This document shows, piece by piece, positions 59,615-64,000 of a DNA stretch of 64,000 bases. The DNA lies in the NCBI GenBank assembly GCA_963693365.1, contig CAVNZM010000012.1, forward strand, positions 3,348,001-3,412,000, given 5' to 3'. The translations under genes were made by a program, and so were the position numbers. Position 1 is the first letter of the stretch, and every line of letters begins with the position of its first letter. The stretch is from Amoebidium appalachense. Taxonomy: Eukaryota; Protista; Ichthyosporea. The notes beneath the pieces were generated by a model. That model had not been told where the DNA came from. It saw only the letters and a program-made list of their open reading frames with translations, and made no database searches.

Positions 59615-60490
59615 CCCTCCGCAGGTCGCTCAGCCACCGTGCTGAATGGTTTCGACCATGCTGCATGCTGCAGCATCTTCGCCTAACGGCTGAAAGGCCG
59701 TTTGAAGGTTAGTTTTGTGTTGCCTGCTTTTGTGCATGTGGCGTTTGTCTGTCTGGTCTGTGTCCGTGCCTGTGATTATGTCTGTGTCTGTGTCTGTGTC
59801 TGTGTGCGTGTGTGTGTATGTGTGTGTGTGCGCGTGCGTGTGCGTGTGCCTGCTGGCTGCAGATGCACGTTGCCTTTTCACGTTCCTGAACCAGCGACTG
59901 TGGGCACTACTTTTGCTGTTAGCACTATAGCTATCATCCCCTCCACCAGTCGTTCAAGCTATTTTCTGCTTCTCTAGGCTTCATAAGTTCTGGTCCGGGT
60001 TTCCGTCCTTACTATGTTTGAGGTTGGTTCTGTCGACTCTTTTTTTGCCCTCCGCAGGTTGCGCGGCCACCGTGCTGAATGGTTTTGACCATGCTGCATG
60101 CTGCAGCTTCTTCGCCTAACGGCTGGAAGGCCGTTTGAAGGTTAGTTTTGTGTTGCCTGCTTTTGTGCATGTGGCGTTTGTCTGTCTGGTCTGTGTCCGT
60201 GCCTGTGATTATGTCTGTGTCTGTGTCTGTGTCTGTGTGCGTGTGTGTGTATGTGTGTGTGCGTGCGTGCGTGTGCGTGTGCCTGCTGGGTGCAGATGCA
60301 CGTTGCCTTTTCACGTTCATGAACCAGCGACTGTGGGCACTACTTTTGCTGTTAGCACTATAGCTATCATCCCCTCCACCAGTCGTTTGATCAAGCTATT
60401 TTCTGCTTCTCTAGACTTCATAAGTTCTGGTCCGGGTTTCCGTCCTTACTATGTTTGAAATTGGTTCTGTCGACTCTTTCTTTGCCACTC
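59615..60490. repeat. 433-bp tandem duplication, preceded by ~30-bp repeats (59493-59630)
   Basis: Near-identical translations at 59702 and 60135; cccttcccgcaggtcgcctggtcgcag units. Confidence 0.9.
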
Positions 60491-62065
60491 TAGAGGTGGG
60501 TACCGGCTCTTTGTCCTATGGCTGCTGTTGTTTCCGTTTTTCGTTTCTGTGTTGCTCACGACCAGACACAATGAAGAGCTTTGTTGTTATCATGGGAGAG
60601 GACTCACAGCATTTTTTATCACATCTACTTACACATGTTGTAGGAGTTTGGTTGATTGTATAGATTAGATGGTTAGTCTTTTTGGGTGGAGGGGAATACG
60701 CTTTCAAGTTGCTTTCGCTTTTAAGTTGCTTTATGCATATCTAACATGCATTGTTCTCCAGGAGTTGGCGAACCACCAGGAGATTCTCCGCCGTCTCGAG
60801 AAGAAGGCCACAGAAGAAAAGGAGGAGAAGAAAGACTCCCCCCCCCAGGTCTTCCCCCCCCCCCCCCCCCCTGCCGACGACGGGGCCCCACGTGCTCAGC
60901 AACCTTCGACCCCCACTGCAACCCCTCCCGGCCAGGCTGAGCAGATCAGTGAGAAGGAGACGCCGCCTTAAAATGCGGCCCCAGCCCAGCCTGTTGTGCT
61001 TGTGTGGTAGTTTTTTTTTTCTTTTTTTTCTTCTTTTTTTTTCTTTTTTTGTCATGATTCGTTTTGGTATTTTTTTTTTTTCATAAGAGTAATGTTGTTA
61101 CGAGATGCGAGATAAAGTAGATAGTAGAGAATGGATGCCACCTGGGGTGGTATGTTAGTTGTGTTGTTAACTTGTGTGCTGTAGGATGCCACCTGGGGTG
61201 GTATATTAGTTGTGTTGTTTACTTGTGTGCTTGATGCCACAAGTACTTAGTAAAAAGAAAAAGTGATCATCTTCGTGTCTGTCTGCAGAACTGGAGGGAG
61301 GGAGGGAGGTGGGGGGGGGGGGGGGGGGGAGGGGTATACAAATTGATAACAATATGGTACGGTATGGTTAACATAAAAGTAAAATGTATATACCGAATAC
61401 CACCCATTTGTTACCAAACGGGCATGTCAACGTATACAAATGGTATCGTAATGTCGTTTTAATGTTATCCGTAATGTATAAATGGTAAACATGTGTCGTT
61501 CTCGTGGTATACCTGGGTTCACCTTTGGTACATGAATTGTAGATTTTAGTTACCTGAAGTATAACTCTTTGTATAGCATTGGTGACTCCTGTGTTATCCC
61601 GTGGTATACAGGAATTTGGCATATTGGTACGAATGCGTCACCACTATGTAAAATAAAGTTAAATTTATGGCAACACAATGTCAACAAATGTATCCGTTCG
61701 GTGTCCGGCGTGGTAAGATGGTGTTACCGTAATGGTATATAATGGTTACCCCGGTATATCAAACAGTTATACCAATATGTACCATTATGGTGTCATTGTG
61801 TACCAACGTTGTACAATCATGTATGCATTAAAGATACCACGTTTGTAACACTGTATATATTATGGTTACCAGACCGTGTAAAACTGTGATATCATTCTGT
61901 GTGACATGCTGGTAACGGTGTGTTATACAGGGTGATACCACTGCCATACTGTTACACATAATTGTAACACGATGTTAGCAATCTGTATTTAGGGTTTGTA
62001 CACTGGTAACATTGTATACCCTCGTACGACATTGGTACCCAAAATGTTATAAAAAGATGACAATT

Positions 62066-62719
62066 CTATGAAAACTACTCCGGGACGTGTGTTGCCTCTA
62101 GGGGGACATCCCCTTGGACGAAAGTGAACCTGCAATGGTTGTAAACCACGGCAAGCCCCCAGTCATCAATTTATTGATCCGTGAGGTCCTTGTGCCCAAA
62201 AAACGGGGGAAGTCTTCGCCCCGTGAAAAAACAGCACGCATGTGTGGATCAATGGGGGTGAGTGTGGGTGTAGGTGGGTGGGTGAAAAGAAAATGTATAG
62301 CCGTAAGGGCTGTAGGTGCTCAACACAGAAGATGTGTTTGTAGCTTTCTGATCTGCTGAAAACTGTCTTGCTTATATACCTAAGCCTACCGACCTGAGCC
62401 AATTGAAAATCGATCCAGTGATATGTGAATCTGAATCGAACCAATCAAAATCGGTCTAGCGATATGTGGAATCTGATGTTTTGATTAGCTAATAGAGGCC
62501 CGTGTGCGAGCGGCCAATTGCGAACTGCTAAAACACGAAACGAAGCCTACATGGTTATGTCAATATCGAACACCCATCCTACGTGTTTACCCAGAAAAAT
62601 ATTTATGTCAATAAATTCCACAATTAAAACCTCTATGAAAACTACTCCGGGACGTGTGTTGCCTCTAGGGGGACATCCCCTTGGACGAAAGTGAACCTGC
62701 AATGGTTGTAAACCACGGC
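62066..62719. repeat. 87-bp direct repeat pair separated by ~480 bp
   Basis: ctatgaaaactactccgggacgtg...gtaaaccacggca at ~62066 and ~62633. Confidence 0.85.
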
Positions 62720-62906
62720 ACGAGAGCAGTATGCTTGCTCCAAAGGTTTCACTTAAGGATAGAGGCAAATTTTGGATTTTGTCCTGGTGCAGAGACTAGC
62801 GATCTTGCTAGCCCTGAGATCACAACCTAACCACTGCCGATGGTTGTGATGACGCCAGTAAAGGCGTGCTGGCTTTTACCCCAGCGAGAAGAGGATGAGA
62901 AAAAGA

Positions 62907-62979
62907 TGATCCCGACGGGATTTGAACCCGCGACCCCTCTATCTCCGGTCGAGTGCTCTACCAACTGAGCTACGAGATC
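62907..62979 (-). tRNA. tRNA-like gene inside repeat B2 (GGA anticodon on a class I, Phe-like body)
   Basis: Acceptor GATCTCG/CGGGATC, D-arm GCTC/GAGC, T-arm GCGGG-TTCAAAT-CCCGT, T5 terminator. C33 and one anticodon-stem mismatch. Confidence 0.65.
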
Positions 62980-63276
62980 GGTTAAGATCTCGCAGGCCAC
63001 CAGCCGATCATGGTCTGATTCATGCGATCGGACTGGATAACGATACCATCTTCCAACATCCCCACTCAGGACGAATCGCAGAATCAGGTTAGGGTGGACT
63101 GCCCCCTCAGTCCCCACTGAACCCCTGTTCATGCTACCATTTTGGATTTTGTCCTGGTGCAGAGACTAGCGATCTTGCTAGCCCTGAGATCACAACCTAA
63201 CCACTGCCGATGGTTGTGATGACGCCAGTAAAGGCGTGCTGGCTTTTACCCCAGCGAGAAGAGGATGAGAAAAAGA

Positions 63277-63349
63277 TGATCCCGACGGGATTTGAACCCG
63301 CGACCCCTCTATCTCCGGTCGAGTGCTCTACCAACTGAGCTACGAGATC
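63277..63349 (-). tRNA. Second copy of the tRNA-like gene, inside repeat B1
   Basis: Same sequence as 62907-62979, offset by 370 bp. Confidence 0.65.
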
Positions 63350-63439
63350 GGTTAAGATCTCGCAGGCCACCAGCCGATCATGGTCTGATTCATGCGATCG
63401 GACTGGATAACGATACCATCTTCCAACAGCAAATACACG

Positions 63440-64000
63440 TTTGTTAGTGGCAGCAATGGGGGCCGGCGAAGTCGAGTATAGATCAGGGAACAGTCGGAAG
63501 ATCATCTGCCAAGTTGTTGGATCCTGGAGTCGTCGACCCCGGCCTCGGCCAGGGCTGTGGCCCCCCCAATTCGGAGGCTGTGGCCGGCAAACCGGGAGGG
63601 TGAGAGGCCCGCCCGGGAGAGGAGGGCACGGAAGTCGTCAGAGAAAACACCCTTGGTGTAGGGAATGCCACCGAGACTGAACAGGGGGTCGTCAGGTTGA
63701 CCGGATGTCGTATCCAGGAACTGCCGGAGGAGATGGGCTGGGGAGAAGTGGGTGAGAGGCAGGGCAGCTAGAGTGACGTTGACACTTAGGGCTGTACATC
63801 CATCTTGGAGGTTGGCAGGTGGAGGGTGGCATGGGACAAAGTACTGGTGGGGGTGTAGCTGAAGGTCACGTCCTTCCATTTCACGTGACGGGACGGGTCG
63901 AAGGAAGTCAGGGTCTTGGAGGTAAATTCCCACGAACGGAGGAGACCACAAAAACCGACGATGAGGGCCGTCCAAAGCCGGCGATTGGCTGAGGAGGCCT
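63440..64000 (-). pseudogene. Tyrosine recombinase, C-terminal part, with a nonsense codon at the conserved GRW
   Basis: GHSLRIGGATALA...IQQLGR*SSDCSLIY; the upstream part is frameshifted. Confidence 0.85.

Larger units (their letters stand above)
62769..64000 (-). mobile_element. 3' end of an Ngaro-type tyrosine-recombinase retrotransposon
   Basis: YR gene followed by B1 (63139-63428), an 80-bp spacer (putative A2, 63059-63138) and B2 (62769-63058); the 290-bp repeats look identical. Confidence 0.8.

Overview
Eukaryotic, repeat-rich DNA with (CA)n and poly-C/G tracts and almost no intact host genes. The centre (~22.5-53.2 kb, possibly to ~59 kb) is an endogenous Polinton-like DNA virus. It encodes a protein-primed PolB, a VLTF3-like late transcription factor, major and minor capsid proteins, a packaging ATPase, three fibre-like paralogues, a 7TM membrane protein, an rve integrase and a Dam-type methyltransferase. 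Its polB is split by a non-autonomous LTR element and its integrase by a full-length Copia element with apparently identical LTRs. Around it lie two LINEs with related ORF1s, two split-direct-repeat (Ngaro/DIRS-type) retroelements, a second non-autonomous LTR element, satellites, and disrupted MYND and kelch genes. One of the split-repeat elements lacks a recombinase; the other carries a tRNA-like gene in its repeats. The Copia element shows near-total loss of CGC/GCG trinucleotides while keeping other CpGs, which suggests (inference) a host with CGC/GCG-context 5mC, such as an Amoebidium-like ichthyosporean. Many frameshifts fall in homopolymers and may be assembly errors. All calls come from reading motifs by eye; no searches were run.
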